A stretch of 64,000 nt of DNA from Octopus vulgaris (Eukaryota), in NCBI GenBank assembly GCA_951406725.2, contig OX597824.1, forward strand, positions 16,058,001 to 16,122,000. The letters run 5' to 3'. The translations under genes were made by a program, and so were the position numbers. How positions within the stretch are numbered: position 1 is the stretch's first letter; each line of letters opens with the position of its first letter. Shown here piece after piece: positions 1-13,227 of this stretch. A model generated the notes under the pieces. It was not told where the DNA came from and did no database searches. It saw only the letters and a program-made list of their open reading frames with translations.

Positions 1-560
1 GAGGCTTCCACTTTAAGTATGGGAAAATTCTTTTCATTTTTTCTCTTTCCGATTTAAACATTTTTTTAGTGTTGTTATACTTCAAGTTCCCAGCCTATAT
101 GTCTAGTACGCCGGATCGTATCTTACCTCCGCGGAGCTTACGTGGCTGAGAGTAAAAGACACTATCCTGAACGGGACCCTTGTCCTTACTATAAATGATA
201 TTTGAGGTGGAAAATAGCAAATCCCAATAACACCACTATTACGTAAACCATTTCAAATGAGAATCGAAACCGAAAAACCAAGTCGGTTCTCAATGATGAC
301 ACAACCAGGGTAAGACATCCGCTTCGCCATGCGGAGGATTATAAAACGGTTATAAATGTTCAATTCGGTATCGTAGGTCACGTGACCGAGAGAAAGTGAT
401 AGAATGGCGTAATGACATCTAAGTGTCTGTGCTGTCATGCTACCAAGAATATCGGCGGAAACATCTTAAAATTCATGGAATTAAGAGACAGGATCAGCGG
501 TCAAAATCTCTAATCCGCTGGATGGATGTTTGCTGACGAGAGCCTTAAGTCGAATGGAAG
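1..560 (+). mobile_element. Decayed RTE-clade LINE, 3' end of RT ORF
   Basis: Frame-broken peptides TISNEN (~248-265), VGHVTER (~373-393) and KSLIRWMDV (~502-528) occur in the order typical of RTE C-termini (ISNEEV...GHVxR...RGRPxxRWMD). Confidence 0.55.
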
Positions 561-735
561 AGTGGGAGAGGAAGAGGGAGAGAAAGAAGAGAGAGAGAGA
601 GAGAGAGAACAGAAAGAAGAACAGGAGACGCATCCACATTTATCGAAGCATCATCACAACACGAATGTGCCTTGTGCCTTCCAAATATAGCAGACTCTAA
701 CTCTGGAAATACTTTTAGCATCCACACAAACCCTA

Positions 736-818
736 CACACACACACACACACGCACACATGCACACATACATACACGCACACACATAAACACGCATAAAC
801 ACTCTTACACACACATAC

Positions 819-858
<40 letters not shown>

Positions 859-967
859 ATTCACGCACACATATATATACACATGCATCTATATTATATA
901 TACATATATATAGAGAAACACATAACACATATCTACATATACATACACATCTCTCCTTCTCTCTCTC

Positions 968-1025
<58 letters not shown>

Positions 1026-1073
1026 CATACATACAGATATATATATATATATTTATATATATATATATATATA
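736..1073. repeat. Compound (CA)n/(TA)n/(TG)n/(TA)n microsatellite
   Basis: Seen directly. Confidence 0.95.
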
Positions 1074-1455
1074 TTGTTGGCATCCTTTCGTCTTGGGAGA
1101 CAATGGAGTTGCGCATATAATCAGTTTTGCGCAGGCCTGGGCTAGATGTAAGAAAATTCTAGGTTGCCCAATCGTCAGGATTCCTCTCTCTCGACCTTGC
1201 TGACGTAGTCCAAAGGAGTGCGGAGCATTACGTTTGGCACCAGCTTGATTGCAGGAGCTGCCGGAAGAGTGTCGAGTCGAACACTAAACCGCCTACGGGG
1301 CTCCACTCCGGATTTCTTTGAAGGTTGCCTCCTTTCCATAACCCTGGATAGGGGCCCATAGCCGGTACGGTCAGCCGGAGCCAAGCTGAACCTGGGATCG
1401 TGTCAGACAGGGTCGTCATTCTCTGAAGTAGTGAAGAAAATCGCTACCCACTACC
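1074..1455 (-). mobile_element. Non-autonomous bipartite RTE-derived retroelement, copy 1
   Basis: Closely similar to 13228-13659. On the minus strand it ends CCATTGTCTCCCAAGACGAAAGGATGCC(AAC)n, an RTE-like tail, and contains the CTGGTGCCAA motif also seen in the SINE D body. No tRNA head. Confidence 0.7.
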
Positions 1456-2465
1456 TTGCTCACCACAGCTGCCAACCAATACCCAGTCATCTACCACGGC
1501 CTGTGACCGCTACGGCAACTAACAACCCCTTTTCCGTAGGGAAATGCTGCTGCTATCACACTCGTGGATCAATCTCCGTTCGGCTATCTGAACAGCAGGA
1601 TCTTCATAAATCCACATTTCTTAACCGTCTTCTTTTGCTGAATGGTCTTTGTGACTGCAAAGCGAGTTTCGTAACCATACAGTCATATCTGCGCATGTTT
1701 AAATATTTTTTAAATGCTAGTTTCAAATTTTGGTACTGATCCCTTGTGGGAGGAATCAGTCGATTACATCAACTCAAGTGCTCAACTGGTGTTTATTTTA
1801 TCGACAACGAAAGTACGTAAGGGTAAGTCGACCATCGTGCTCAGCGTGGTAAAGATTTTACCAGCAAGTCGCTTTATACATATTTTCATTTATTGGCTAA
1901 TAACGATATCGTGTTAATTTCAAGAATTAAAGTTCTATGTTAGAGTAAAATAAAGGGCGATAAATTTCAGGAAGCATTTCATAGAAAGGGTTGTTTAGTA
2001 ACTTGACTGATAATGATACAAAATAATGTAATGAAGGGATATAGAGCAATTACTTTACAGTTACACTCATACATGGGGAGAAAAGCCATTATCTTCATCA
2101 TAAGTTCTGGTGAAGTCAGCTAAGGGAGAAAACCCAGTGATTTAAATTGGTAAAAATGCAATCAATGGGAAAAGTTTGACAGAAGTAAGACAAATCTGGA
2201 TGTGTTTCAGTATTATTAGATCACACCAGGAAAGCTTGGCCCGACTGTTATTAACAGATATATGCACATGTGTATATTCAACTGATAATCTCTGAAGAAT
2301 ACTAGGGTCTGTAGAAGCCATGGCGAAGCAGAGTTTTGAAAAGATAAAGAAAACTTATATGCTTGACTATTTCTCACCTCACCACATAGGTCAACCCAGC
2401 ACAGTGAGCTGTAAGCAAGAGAGTTACAAGCACTACAGAACAAGACTCATCATCATCATCGTCAT

Positions 2466-2823
<358 letters not shown>

Positions 2824-3731
2824 GTCTGTATGTATGTATATGTATGCTTGTTTGAGTGTTCACCAGTATGTAAGATTAAATGATTGTATACATTTCGTAT
2901 TTCTGCATATATATGCCTCTCTTTGTGTCTAACAGTACCGATAATGCATAAATATAAAGGCATGCGTGTGTCAAAAATCCCCATGGGCATTATATAATAC
3001 CAGCGGGAATACATACAATGTATATATATATATATATGGTGAATTCTGTTGCAAGCCCTTATACTTTACATTCTTACAGTTCTTCATCTTAATACATTCC
3101 ATCTATTCATATTTCAAAAGGTTTAAAGAACTCAGAAATTTTGTGAAACTAAAAACCCAGTAAATCTTGTTAACTGACGAAAGACAAAATCAGATTTGAC
3201 AAATCTGCTGAAAAAACAAAATTAAAATTAATTAAATTAAACATCTTGATTGACATGACAATTTGAAATGAAAAGTATATGCCTGCTTAAGCTTTTGTAT
3301 TTACATAAATGTATCTAATTATAAGCATGTATATCTAAATGTGCGGATGTGTGTGTGTATATGTATGTGTGTGTTTGCGCGTCTATATTTATGTATGCAT
3401 GTGTGTGCATTAAAATATATGTGTATGTAGATGTTGTGTATTTTTAACCTTTTTATTGTTGAATTCTAGCGGAGATGTCAGCGCCCAGAGTCTTCACTCT
3501 AGTGATGTTAACGTCTGTCATGAATTGTTCTCGGTTCTTTAAAAATATACACAAACAGTAAAAATTGTGCATACATACGTAATACAAACACTCACACGTA
3601 CAAACACACACATATACTCATACACATCTACACACACACATATATATGTATGTGGATATCTGTGTGTACATGTATACGGATATATATGCATGTATGTATG
3701 TATGTATGTATGTATGATGTATGTATGTATG

Positions 3732-3833
<102 letters not shown>

Positions 3834-3966
3834 CATATATAAGTTAATCTCGTGAAGGGATGGTTGGATGATTGCATCCAAGGAAATTTTATTTTGTGGG
3901 AATGGTGTTCCCTTAAAACATTAGGTGTATATTAAGCTTATATGTTATGTCGATTTAAGAGAATAA

Positions 3967-4241
3967 GAGAAAATGGAAATAAGGAACTTAATAATTGTTT
4001 ATTATTAACAAATTGGTCCCCTTCTCTTCTTACAGCTGTTTCAGTTAATACTCAATAATTTAAATACAAATTTGTACAATAAATATACATTCATGTGGCA
4101 TGAGTGTAATTTTTTCAGATAAAAAAAAGGTACTTTTGGATGTTATATTTGGATCTATCAATTCTGAAACGGCTGCAAGAAGCTAAGATGACTAATTTGT
4201 TAATAATAAACAATTATTAACTTCCTTATCTCCATTTTCTT
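3967..4241. mobile_element. Fold-back element (about 78-bp imperfect inverted arms) between microsatellites, Penelope-like remnant
   Basis: agaaaatggaaataaggaacttaataattgtttattattaacaaatt...cagctgtttcag (3967-4044) versus ctgaaacggctg...aatttgttaataataaacaattattaacttccttatctccattttct (4164-4241). The inner ends carry the GAAA-cagctg-TA half of an HHR. Confidence 0.7.
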
Positions 4242-4291
4242 TTCCCCTTATACATACATACATACATACATACATACATACATACATGCAT

Positions 4292-4354
<63 letters not shown>

Positions 4355-4613
4355 AATATATATATGTACATATATATATATATATATGTATATGTATGTA
4401 TGTATGTATGTATGTATCTATATTAAGGGATAACCACTAGGTGGATAACCAATTTGGTAGGAGAAGGTCACATACGATCTAACTACAAAGAAAAAGAATG
4501 TTCTCTGGAGAAATTCAGCAAACACCAGAACGTAAGCGGGTAAAGACCGATGAAAATATATAAAAATCACGAATTAATCGTAGACCGATTCCGTTTATTA
4601 CCGATATTTACTT

Positions 4614-4647
4614 ACGTAAATTTTTCGTCCGTAGACTCGTCAGTACG
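4614..4647 (-). ncRNA. Minimal type I hammerhead ribozyme motif
   Basis: Minus strand: cgta CTGACGA gtc-tacg-gac GAAA aatt tacg. Canonical core, 3-bp stem II with a UACG loop, 4-bp stem I; stem III is weak. Confidence 0.55.
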
Positions 4648-4663
4648 ATCGTTCCAATTCAAT

Positions 4664-4886
4664 ATAATTTGTAAAACTAAACACTAGTTGTCCTTATAAA
4701 ACTAGATGTGTGCATAGTTTTACCGATTACATTGGGGTTACGGACGAAAAGATTATGCTGCAGAACTGTTTCCGGGATTTGGCGCACCAGAACTTAGACA
4801 TTTGACATTCTACCCCAATGTAATCGGTAGAACTATGCATACGTCTAGTTATAAAAGGACAGCTAGTGTTTAGTTTTACAAATTAT
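4664..4886. mobile_element. Fold-back element (about 75-bp inverted arms)
   Basis: ataatttgtaaaactaaacactag...ccgattacattggggt (4664-4738) versus accccaatgtaatcgg...ctagtgtttagttttacaaattat (4812-4886). The spacer begins tacggacgaaaa, a plus-strand copy of part of the adjacent HHR. Confidence 0.8.
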
Positions 4887-5188
4887 TGCAACATCACGAT
4901 TTCTATAGTTCCCTTTGATACCAGCTATGACGTCATTTAGTATTATGCTTCAGTCCCATATTGAGATTCATCTGGTATTTCGTTGATTTGACCTCCGAGA
5001 AGGACATCTGGAGGAAGGCTACAACGTTGACAGAAAAGGAGAGCGAAAAATTCAAGATAAATATCTAATTGAATGATTTAACGTGAGATTACCATTTGAT
5101 GAAATTTTAAAGTTTTTAAGCGTTGTAAAAGGAGAAATTTAGAATAGTTAAGTTGTATGCGACATATGTATATATATTATACATGTGC

Positions 5189-5235
<47 letters not shown>

Positions 5236-5236
5236 T

Positions 5237-5270
<34 letters not shown>

Positions 5271-5312
5271 ATATACATAAACACACACAGACACACACAT
5301 ATATATATATAC

Positions 5313-5478
5313 AGGCGCAGCAGAGACTCTGTGGTAAGTAGCTTGCCACCCAACCACATATTTCCGGGTTCAGTCCCACTGCATGGCACCTTCGGCAAGT
5401 GTCTTCTACTATAGCCTCGGGCCGAGCAAAACCTTGCGATTGGATCTGGTAGAAGGAAACTGAAAGAAGCACGCCGTA
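5313..5478 (+). mobile_element. SINE family A, 5' half (tRNA-derived head)
   Basis: Matches the 5' part of full copies at 29866 and 53546. Confidence 0.85.
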
Positions 5479-5489
5479 TATATATATAT

Positions 5490-6127
5490 TATTTATTTAT
5501 GCGCCCCTTTTCGAGCCTAGCCAGGCCCATGGGCCCGGTTTCCAGGTATCTGTGGCGTATGTGTTCTCCCCAGCTGGACGATATGCCAGTCCGTCGCAGA
5601 GTGAGAGAAAGTTGGGGCGAAAGAGCATAACAGGGGTCGCCACCTACCCCCTGCCGGACTCCCTTCGGTCATGAATGACCATGGATTGCACCTAGAATGT
5701 TACCGTCTGAGGCACAAGTCCAGGCAAAGTTGTCTATGGAATAGCAGCATTCGCCCTTGCATACCAGCCTCTCCGATGTTATCCAAGGGAAAGGCAAAGC
5801 CCGATGCAGCTTGGCACCAGTGACGTCGCACATCATTTATTAACGTCCAAGTGGCTGAGCGCTCCACAGACGCGGGTACCTTTAACGTAGTTCTCGGGGA
5901 GACGCAGAATGTGAGATGGCTGGCCTTTTGAAATACATGTGCAACAGAGACAGGAAGAAGTGAGAGAAAGTCGTGGTGAAAGAGTACAGCATGGATCACC
6001 ACCACGCCCTGTCGGAGCCTCGTGGAACTTTAAGTGTTTTCGCTCAATAAACACTCCAGTCTTGATATCGAAACTGCGATCCTACGACCGCGAGTCCGCT
6101 GCTTTAACCAGGGGCCATTGCGCCTCT
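5490..6127 (-). mobile_element. Nested cluster of SINE C/D pieces (tRNA-Arg-like head at 6030-6127, RTE-type body and tail at 5660-5830, D-type tail at 5490-5600)
   Basis: Segments match 35808-36062, 43610-43826, 19488-19580 and 25060-25150. Confidence 0.75.
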
Positions 6128-6150
6128 ACGCACACACACACACACACGCA

Positions 6151-6198
<48 letters not shown>

Positions 6199-6204
6199 TA
6201 TTCT

Positions 6205-6397
6205 TTACACTCTTTTACTATTTTACTTGTTTCAGTCATTTCACTGCGGCCATGCTGGAGCACCGCCTTTAGTCGAACAAATCGACCCCAGGACTTATTC
6301 TTTGTAAGCCCAATACTTACCGAACCGCTAGGTTACGTGGACGTAAACATACCAGCATCGATTCTGAAGCGATGTTGGGGGACAAACACAGACACAC

Positions 6398-6491
<94 letters not shown>

Positions 6492-6566
6492 CACATATAT
6501 ACGACTGGCTTCTTTCAGTTTCCGTCTACCAAATCCACTGATAAGGCTTTGGTCGGCCGGAGGCTA
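6205..6566 (-). mobile_element. SINE family A, 5'-truncated, with internal (CA)n/(TA)n
   Basis: Matches family A body and tail. Confidence 0.85.
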
Positions 6567-6971
6567 AATACAGATGTGTGTTTGTGTATGTGAAATTACA
6601 TATTCGTTTCAAATTTTGGCATAAAGCCATCCTACTCGGGAAGATGGGTATGTCGGTCACATCGACTCCAGTACACCACTGGTATTGATCTTATCGACCT
6701 CGAGAAGACGAAATGCAAAATCGATCTCGGCGAAATTATATATATTAAGAGAGTAGAAACAAAAACACTGTCGGCCAGGCTGGAATCGAAACCGAAATAG
6801 GGATTCGGCTTCTAGATAGAGTCAGAGTTTGTTTACGGTACAACAACAACAGGCCTCAGCAAATAAAGTAATAATTGAAGGCGAAGTATTGACTAATCTT
6901 ATCCCTCAATTTACCTCAAGTATTTGGATGGTATTAAGAGTGTTTAGGCCTAAGTTGCTTTTTGATTTGGG

Positions 6972-7022
<51 letters not shown>

Positions 7023-7255
7023 ACACGCGCACACACACGTACACAAACACACACACACACACACAAGCAGGCGTACTGAGTGAAATGCATGATTACTTGT
7101 GAGTATGATTAGTAAGGGTCAGGTTTGGGAAATAATGCAGCAAAGACCTTTTTTGTCTCTTTATAAAGAGATAAAAGTATAAGGGAACGAAAATAAAAGT
7201 AAATGGATCGGAAAGTCAAACCCTGTAAAAAAAATCTGAACGCAAAACCCCGAAC

Positions 7256-7323
<68 letters not shown>

Positions 7324-7563
7324 TATAATAATAATAATAATAAAAATGACAATGATAATAATAATAATGACAATGATAATAATAATGATGATAATAATAA
7401 CAATGATAATAGTAATAATGATAATAATAATATTAATAACAATAAAATAATATTAAGGATGATGATAATAATAATAATAGTAATAATAGTAATGATAATA
7501 ATGACAATAATAATCATAATAATCATAATAATAATAATAATAACGATGATAATAGTAATAATG

Positions 7564-7594
<31 letters not shown>

Positions 7595-7651
7595 CAACAA
7601 TAATGATATAACGATGATGATGATAATAATAATAATAATAGCAATAGAAAT

Positions 7652-7698
<47 letters not shown>

Positions 7699-7809
7699 GA
7701 ATACCAACAACAACAACATCAACAAGGCAAGAAATAGAGATGCAATGACTAGAATAAAAGATGTTATAAGCAATATCAACAACCAACATCAATAATAATA
7801 ATAATAATG

Positions 7810-7878
<69 letters not shown>
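7256..7878. repeat. (AAT)n microsatellite, degenerate
   Basis: Seen directly. Confidence 0.97.
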
Positions 7879-7880
<2 letters not shown>

Positions 7881-8562
7881 CATATGAGGAACAAAAACCA
7901 AAAAAATAGAAAAAACAATACAAAGATGTAACCCTCCGATTTCTGGTGGCTTTTTAGGAATTAAATCTAGAGTGTCGCAGAGAATTAATGCCAGTCCAGT
8001 GTATTTAATCTTTGGAATCTTGCTAGTTCTTCTATGAGCCTTGCAAAACCAGTTCTTTTTTTGGTTTTGTTGTTTTTTTTTTATTCATCTAATTTTTTCT
8101 TTTTCTCTTCCGAGGGTAAAAAAATAAAAATAAACAGAAATTAAATAAAAATATATATAAAAAATAAAACAAGAATAAAAACTATATAATGACTATCTGC
8201 CACACCCTTACCGCTAAAAAAAAAAAAGAATCCTCTTTTGGCTCCCCACCAACCGTTTTCTTTAATGCTATGATATTTACTCATATTTGGTGATCCCTCT
8301 TCATCTGTCCTCTTTAGGTGTATCTCCTACTCACTCTCTAATTTCTTCTCCCCCTTCAGCCCGCTCCTTTCTCTATATCCCTTCTCCCTTTCTCTCCCTG
8401 TATTTCTATCTGCCTATCGCTCTCTTCCTGTATCTCTCTCGATACGGTTGCCATTTATTATTTTATTACGCGTATTATTTACCTTGTGTTTCTTAAGCCG
8501 TTTCTTATTCATTCTACATACATTGTTTCTTGACACTCTATCGTTACCCTATATTTATCAAG

Positions 8563-8563
<1 letters not shown>

Positions 8564-8631
<68 letters not shown>

Positions 8632-8698
8632 GAAACACACGCACACACACACACAAACACACGCACATCTCTGATATCTGGAATAGATAAACTCTTTA

Positions 8699-8752
<54 letters not shown>

Positions 8753-8987
8753 TGTGTGTGTGTGTATGTGTGTGTGACGTGCATGTATGCATATATATAT
8801 ATATATGTATATATATTTACACACAAACACACACATATATATATATATTTATGCCTATATATATTTACATGTATATATATAGATATATTTATATATATGT
8901 ATATATATATATATTTACATATATGTATATGTATATATATATATATACGTATATATTTACTTATATATACATATATATATACATATA

Positions 8988-9037
<50 letters not shown>

Positions 9038-9056
9038 TGTATGTTTATACATTGGC

Positions 9057-9107
<51 letters not shown>

Positions 9108-9125
9108 CATATACATTTATATATA
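8564..9125. repeat. (CA)n and (TA)n-rich compound microsatellite
   Basis: Seen directly. Confidence 0.95.
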
Positions 9126-9743
9126 AATTCACAAGAAAACTCAAAACTATCCCCGAAACTACAAAAAAAAAAAGAAAACAGAGGCCCCCTACATTCCCTA
9201 TAGCTTATTTAACGCCCTCACAAAGGTCGCCACGTGTCCTGCATTTAATCCGACCACTGCCATCTTTGTAGACAATACATACACTTTAAAAAAATCTTCA
9301 AACGTGTACTCATGTCTGTTTAAACTATTCATTCTGTAACATTTATCTTGTGTATCGTGCAAGGACATGGGTTTAATGGTAACAGTGCTGCTGGTGATTA
9401 GGATGTTGTAAACCCTATCCACTTATGTATCATTCTGTATTTATTCTCAAATATATTTCTGTTTGATTTATCGTTATATCTTTTGCCATTGTTTTCATGT
9501 TTCGTTTGCCACATTCGTAGATTTAGGTTTTTTTTCTTCTTCTCAATCATTTCAATATAGGTTTTTCAGACAACATAAATATTTTTTCCACCAAATGTTT
9601 CTCTGCTCATAATCTTGTAATGTATAACTTGATGTGCGTGCGTGTGTGGTTGGGTGTGTGTGTGTGTGAAAACATATAAATATATAGGTATACATATATA
9701 AATATATCTCTATATGTATATATGTATATGTATATGTATATAC

Positions 9744-9795
<52 letters not shown>

Positions 9796-9923
9796 TTTAT
9801 ATATAGAGGGCATTATTATACATACATGCCACACGCTAAGAGGGACAAAATTAGTCATTTCTACCAAAAATTTTACTAATCCCACCGAATGCAATTTTTC
9901 AAAGTAAGACATTTAAAAATATG

Positions 9924-9970
9924 GACTTGTATCACCTGTGATTTCATACCTCTGTATTCATCAGCAAGTC
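9924..9970 (-). ncRNA. Type I hammerhead ribozyme, canonical core
   Basis: Minus strand: gacttg CTGATGA atac-agag-gtat GAAA tca-cagg-tga TA caagtc. Stem I 6 bp, stem II 4 bp, stem III 4 bp, AUA cleavage triplet. Lies in a ~185-bp island between (TA)n tracts. Confidence 0.8.
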
Positions 9971-10040
9971 TGGAATATATATATATATATATATATATAA
10001 AACTTAGTTAGAAATGGATGCGTGCATTCCGTCATATAAT

Positions 10041-10478
10041 AACAAATTAATAAATAAAACATATGCGTATATACATACATATATGTACGTACCTACATCT
10101 ATATGTATATATACATGCATATATGGGTACAGGACACCAAAAAAAAAAAAAGACGTCGAAAACAATGAGAAACGGAAACATAAACACAACACCAAGGAAA
10201 TGGACATTTTTCTTAAACAACAAAAAAATAGAGTACAAGACATACAAAACAAGGAAAATTCCCCTTCTTCAGCCGCCTGTTTCATCTACTCCGCGTTTCG
10301 AAACGTTGTTTAAGAAAAATGTCAATTTCCTTGGTTACGTGTTTATGTTTTTCGTTTCTCATTGTGCTCGACGTTTTTTTTGGTGTCCTGTACCCATATA
10401 TGCATATATATATACATGTATGAGGTAGGTACGTACATATATGTATGTATATATGCATATGCTTTATTTATCAATCTG

Positions 10479-10480
<2 letters not shown>
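10041..10480. mobile_element. Fold-back element with about 180-bp inverted arms, flanked by (TA)n
   Basis: aacaaattaataaataaaacatatgc...gggtacaggacacc...ttcttaaacaac (10041-10221) versus gttgtttaagaa...ggtgtcctgtaccc...tttatttatcaatctgtt (10305-10480). Confidence 0.85.
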
Positions 10481-10524
<44 letters not shown>

Positions 10525-10666
10525 ATATCTATATATATAAAGTTAATCCAAACAAGAAAACACAGAAAAAAAGAGAAAATAAGAGAAAAAAGGAGAAAAA
10601 AACAAAGCAACGCAGGACGTTGAACAATTAAATTATTATTGACGCTCAGGAAAGAAGGGAAGGAGG

Positions 10667-10701
10667 GTTTAACGTTTCGAGCGTAGGTCTTCGTCGGAAA
10701 C
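10667..10701 (-). ncRNA. Minimal HHR-like motif with CCGACGA core
   Basis: Minus strand: gttt CCGACGA a gacc-tac-gctc GAAA cgtt aaac. Stem I gttt/aaac, palindromic stem III, mismatched stem II. Related sequence at 19085-19150 and 21396-21429. Confidence 0.45.
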
Positions 10702-10791
10702 AAGGAGAAGGAAAGATCCCAAGGAGGGAAGACAGAGGAGAAAATATTTGACCTGGTGGTGCTCAAGAGATCACATATATGTACACATACA

Positions 10792-10852
10792 TAGGTGCAG
10801 GAGTGGCTGTATGGTAAGTAGCTTGCTTACCAACCACATGGTTCTGGGTTCA
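10792..10852 (+). mobile_element. SINE A head fragment
   Basis: aggtgcaggagtggctgtatggtaagtagcttgcttaccaaccacatggttctgggttca. Confidence 0.8.
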
Positions 10853-10944
10853 TTCTTTCTATTTGAATTAACATATGAAGAATTATCCCACTTTCAACCT
10901 TCTTGACCCAGTTCCATAAAACAATTAAGAATATATTTACTATT

Positions 10945-11345
10945 TATTCTTTTAGTTGTTTCAGTCATTTGACTGTAGCCATGCTGGAGCACCGTCTTTT
11001 AGTCGAGCAAATCGACCCCAGGACTTATTCTATGTAAGCTTAGTACTTATTTTATCAGTCTCTTTTGCCGAACCGCTAAGTTACGAGGACGTAAACACAC
11101 CAGCATCGGTTGTCAAGCGATGTTAGGGGGACAAACACAAACATATACACACACATACATACATACATACATATATATATATGCATGCACATATATACGA
11201 CAGGATTCTTTCAGTTTCCGTCTACCAAATCCACTCACAAGGCTATAGTACAAGGCATTTGCCCAAGGTGCCACACAGTGGGACTGAACCCGGAACCATG
11301 TGGTTGGTAAGCAAGCTACTTACAACACAGCCACTCTTGCGCCTA
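10945..11345 (-). mobile_element. SINE family A, near full length
   Basis: tRNA-like head with A/B boxes, internal microsatellite and tail match other A copies. Confidence 0.9.
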
Positions 11346-11554
11346 TATATAAATGTTTATTAAGTATTTTTTTTATTGGAAACAAATTTATTGCATTACT
11401 TAAAGAAATGAATAATGAACTAATGAAAAAATCGCAGAAGTTTTAGGAAATAAAGAAGAAACTCAATTAGTAACTAGAAAACTCAAGTACAAAATGGCGT
11501 TACATCTGCCGCACCCCGTATTATATGCAATCGTCACTAAAAGTGACTAAGTGT

Positions 11555-11642
11555 ACACAAAAGGTGCAGTAGCGTCACTGATGAGCATTAATTTTATCCG
11601 AAATTGGCCGACCAATCTGACGCCTTCGGTGCATCTTTGTGT
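11555..11642 (+). ncRNA. Extended type I hammerhead ribozyme
   Basis: acacaa-a-aggtgca gta gcgtca CTGATGA gcattaattttatcc GAAA ttgg-ccga-ccaa TC tgacgc cttcgg tgcatct-ttgtgt. Proximal stem I 6 bp, internal loop, distal stem I ~13 bp, stem III 5 bp, AUC triplet; stem II has mismatches. Confidence 0.85.
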
Positions 11643-11699
11643 TAAAGTTTATGTCGCTTCCCGCTAGACAACCGTTGCTGCTCTTTGTTTTATTATATC

Positions 11700-11855
11700 T
11701 TCATAACTTAGCAGTTAGGCAAAAGAGAGCGCCAGGATAAGTACCCGACTTAAAAAGAAAAAAAAAAAGGAGTAGGGCCGGTTTTTGTTCAGCTAAACTC
11801 GGAAAAGCTGGACCATCAACATGATCGCAGTTCAATGACTGAAACATGGAAAAGA
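11700..11855 (+). mobile_element. Old, degenerate SINE A 3' portion
   Basis: taacttagcagttaggcaaaagag...cagttcaatgactgaaac resembles the family A tail. Confidence 0.6.
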
Positions 11856-11940
11856 ACCGACAGAAAAAAACAAAAACAACATGAAAGAAGGAGATAGTGT
11901 TTTAGAAAGAAAGATTAAAAATGAACAAGATTATAAGCGA

Positions 11941-11978
<38 letters not shown>

Positions 11979-12559
11979 TATAATATAATATAGCAAATGT
12001 AAAGAATGAAAGAATATGAGATAGATATTTGTGATGAAATAGAAGAGTTACCGTATTTTCGAATAAGGGTGAAATAAAGAAATAAATAGAGTAATGTGTT
12101 GGTTTAGCATGGTAAAAGGATGCTGAACATTTTCACAATTTTGCAGATAAAATTTCCATCTCCTCTAGGCTTGAATGTTATCCATAAATAATTTAGACCT
12201 GTTATTGAATGCAGCATAAATATTCACGTATTGTTAAAAAATACACGCTTTTTTACAGTAATATATATTTTCTTCGTGCTTTCACTTGCAGAAAACATCT
12301 TGGCCATCACCGTTAATATTAACAGCGTTTCTAACACAACATGGAGGAAAAAAATTCTCTGTGATTATTGTTCTGTACTGTTCTGAAGATGAAAGTGTTT
12401 TTTTTTACGATGCTTTATTTTATTTTATTTTATTTTATTTTTTATTACTTGGTAAGGAAAAAAATATATCTATAATAAATTTATAAAAAGAAATATAATC
12501 ATCAGTTTTTAAAGTTATCAAAGTATTTACTGGGTATATATTTACATACATATATATAA

Positions 12560-12630
<71 letters not shown>

Positions 12631-12635
12631 ATATA

Positions 12636-12719
<84 letters not shown>

Positions 12720-13227
12720 GCTTCATCAGTTCTCTTTTTAAAAGTATCAAGTGATGTGTGTAAGAATTTTTGTCGGGAAAGAAAAATCCTTTCTAAATAT
12801 TTGTATTCAATGTAATGATAAAGAAAAAAATGGTGCATGGGAAACAAGGCAAACATTATTGCTTATTTTAAAGCTTATGAAGTGTACAATCCACAAGAGA
12901 TGGTGAAATACCTGCTCTCGTATTGCTCCTGTGAAAAGAAAATCTATTCCAGCTGGCTTGACTAAACCTATTCTGTTCTGTGCAAAGAGAATTAATCATT
13001 TATAAGTAATCGTAGGATTTGATAATTGTACATGCCATGCTGTAAATTGCAGAGAGAAATTTGTGAACACGTGTTGAGAAATAAATATTGATAAATTACT
13101 GTAATAAATTGCAGAAAGGGGTAACAGATAAGTTTCACGGGATTTAGATAACTTCACGATTATGTTACTTTCTAGAAAGTAGAGACGTCGCAGATAAGAA
13201 GCACGATGGATTAATTACAACCCCAGA

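Noticed and set aside
533-556. CTGACGA motif (also isolated CTGAnGA at 12724-, 14785+, 18887+, 26933-, 33601+, 36214+ and 53489-)
   Set aside because: Each lacks a properly placed stem II/GAAA/stem III/stem I combination; at best truncated remnants.
2064-2140. HTWGEKP resembling a C2H2 zinc-finger linker
   Set aside because: No flanking CxxC/HxxxH pattern in frame; likely chance or too decayed to support.
4014-4025. ttggtccccttc matching the start of miR-133
   Set aside because: The match ends after 12 nt and there is no local pre-miRNA hairpin; it is part of a fold-back arm.
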